Source: Isurus oxyrinchus (Eukaryota). From it: 64,000 nucleotides of DNA. The stretch lies in assembly GCA_026770705.1 (NCBI GenBank), contig JANJGN010000189.1, positions 806,001-870,000 of the forward strand, written 5' to 3'. The notes below the pieces were generated by a model. The model ran no database searches. It was not told the origin of the DNA and was given only the letters and a program-made list of their open reading frames with translations. Below, in pieces: positions 63,376 to 64,000 of this stretch. Numbering within the stretch: position 1 is the first letter of the stretch; the number at the start of each line of letters is the position of its first letter. The position numbers and the translations under genes are program-made.

Positions 63376-64000
63376 AAAAAGAAGCAATTAAAATGCCCTG
63401 ACATTTCTGTACAGTTTTATCAAATTAAATACGTACTCTAGTGAATAATTTCATTCTCCAAGGCACCACTTCCTGTTGTCACATGCCCTTCTGATTATTT
63501 AAATTCCTGTGTCATTGGTAATGGAACATTCCCATGTAAACATGTCACACTGTAATTACAGCCTCCTGCCAGTGGTGGTGCTCTAGTGTCCTAGTTTTGC
63601 TTCTCAGAGACTGGAGGAGCTGGAAACGTTGTGTTTACAATATAAGTAACACTCAGGAGTGACCAGGGGGATTCTTTTGGCCAAGTTTACGATGTTGCTA
63701 AGATACAATGGCCCCGTAGGATTTTTCCTCCTGCGTTTACAAGGTTGAATTGAAGAGATTTTTGAAGTGTCTGGCACAGTTTTATTAAGGTCCCCTCACA
63801 ACCAATCTGGAGTCACTGGGTTCAGTTCTGGGTCCAGCAGCTTAGGAAGGATATATTGTCCTCGGAGGGGGTGCTGTGCAGAGTCACCAGGATGATCCCG
63901 GGGCTGAAAGGGTTAAATCCCGAGGACAGGTTGCACAGACCAGGCTTGTGTTCCCTCGAGTCTCAAAGATTAAGGGGTGATCTAATCGAGGGGTTTAAGA

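Overview
Eukaryotic, repeat-rich vertebrate DNA, almost certainly from a cartilaginous fish (shark-type DeuSINE-derived 33-bp minisatellites, CR1/L2 LINEs, Gypsy LTR relics, Penelope-like termini). The long ORFs in the track are mostly minisatellite artefacts; the real genes have to be assembled exon by exon. The main content is a Siglec-like (sialic-acid-binding Ig-like lectin; MAG/CD22/CD33-related) receptor locus built as a large inverted duplication. The arms span ~20.9-38.0 kb and ~45.4-64.0+ kb, with a minisatellite spacer between them, and place two paralogues head-to-head. Gene B (minus strand) is leader-V1-V2-C2-Ig-Ig-Ig-TM-short tail and has lost the terminal ITIM/ITSM exon. Gene C (plus strand) is leader-V1'-V2'-C2-(N gaps)-TM-tail-terminal exon with LLYTNI and TEYAQI motifs. 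Both genes carry two tandem V-set exons. V2 has an extra BC-loop Cys that could pair with V1. V1' has lost the essential sialic-acid-binding Arg and carries a very different aromatic/basic C-C' patch. The window also holds a Gypsy-truncated third Siglec-like gene (A, ~9-10 kb), a relic 3' UTR of another paralogue at the palindrome centre, and the 5' exons of an unidentified signal-peptide gene at ~1.3-3.6 kb. All identities were judged by eye; no searches were run.
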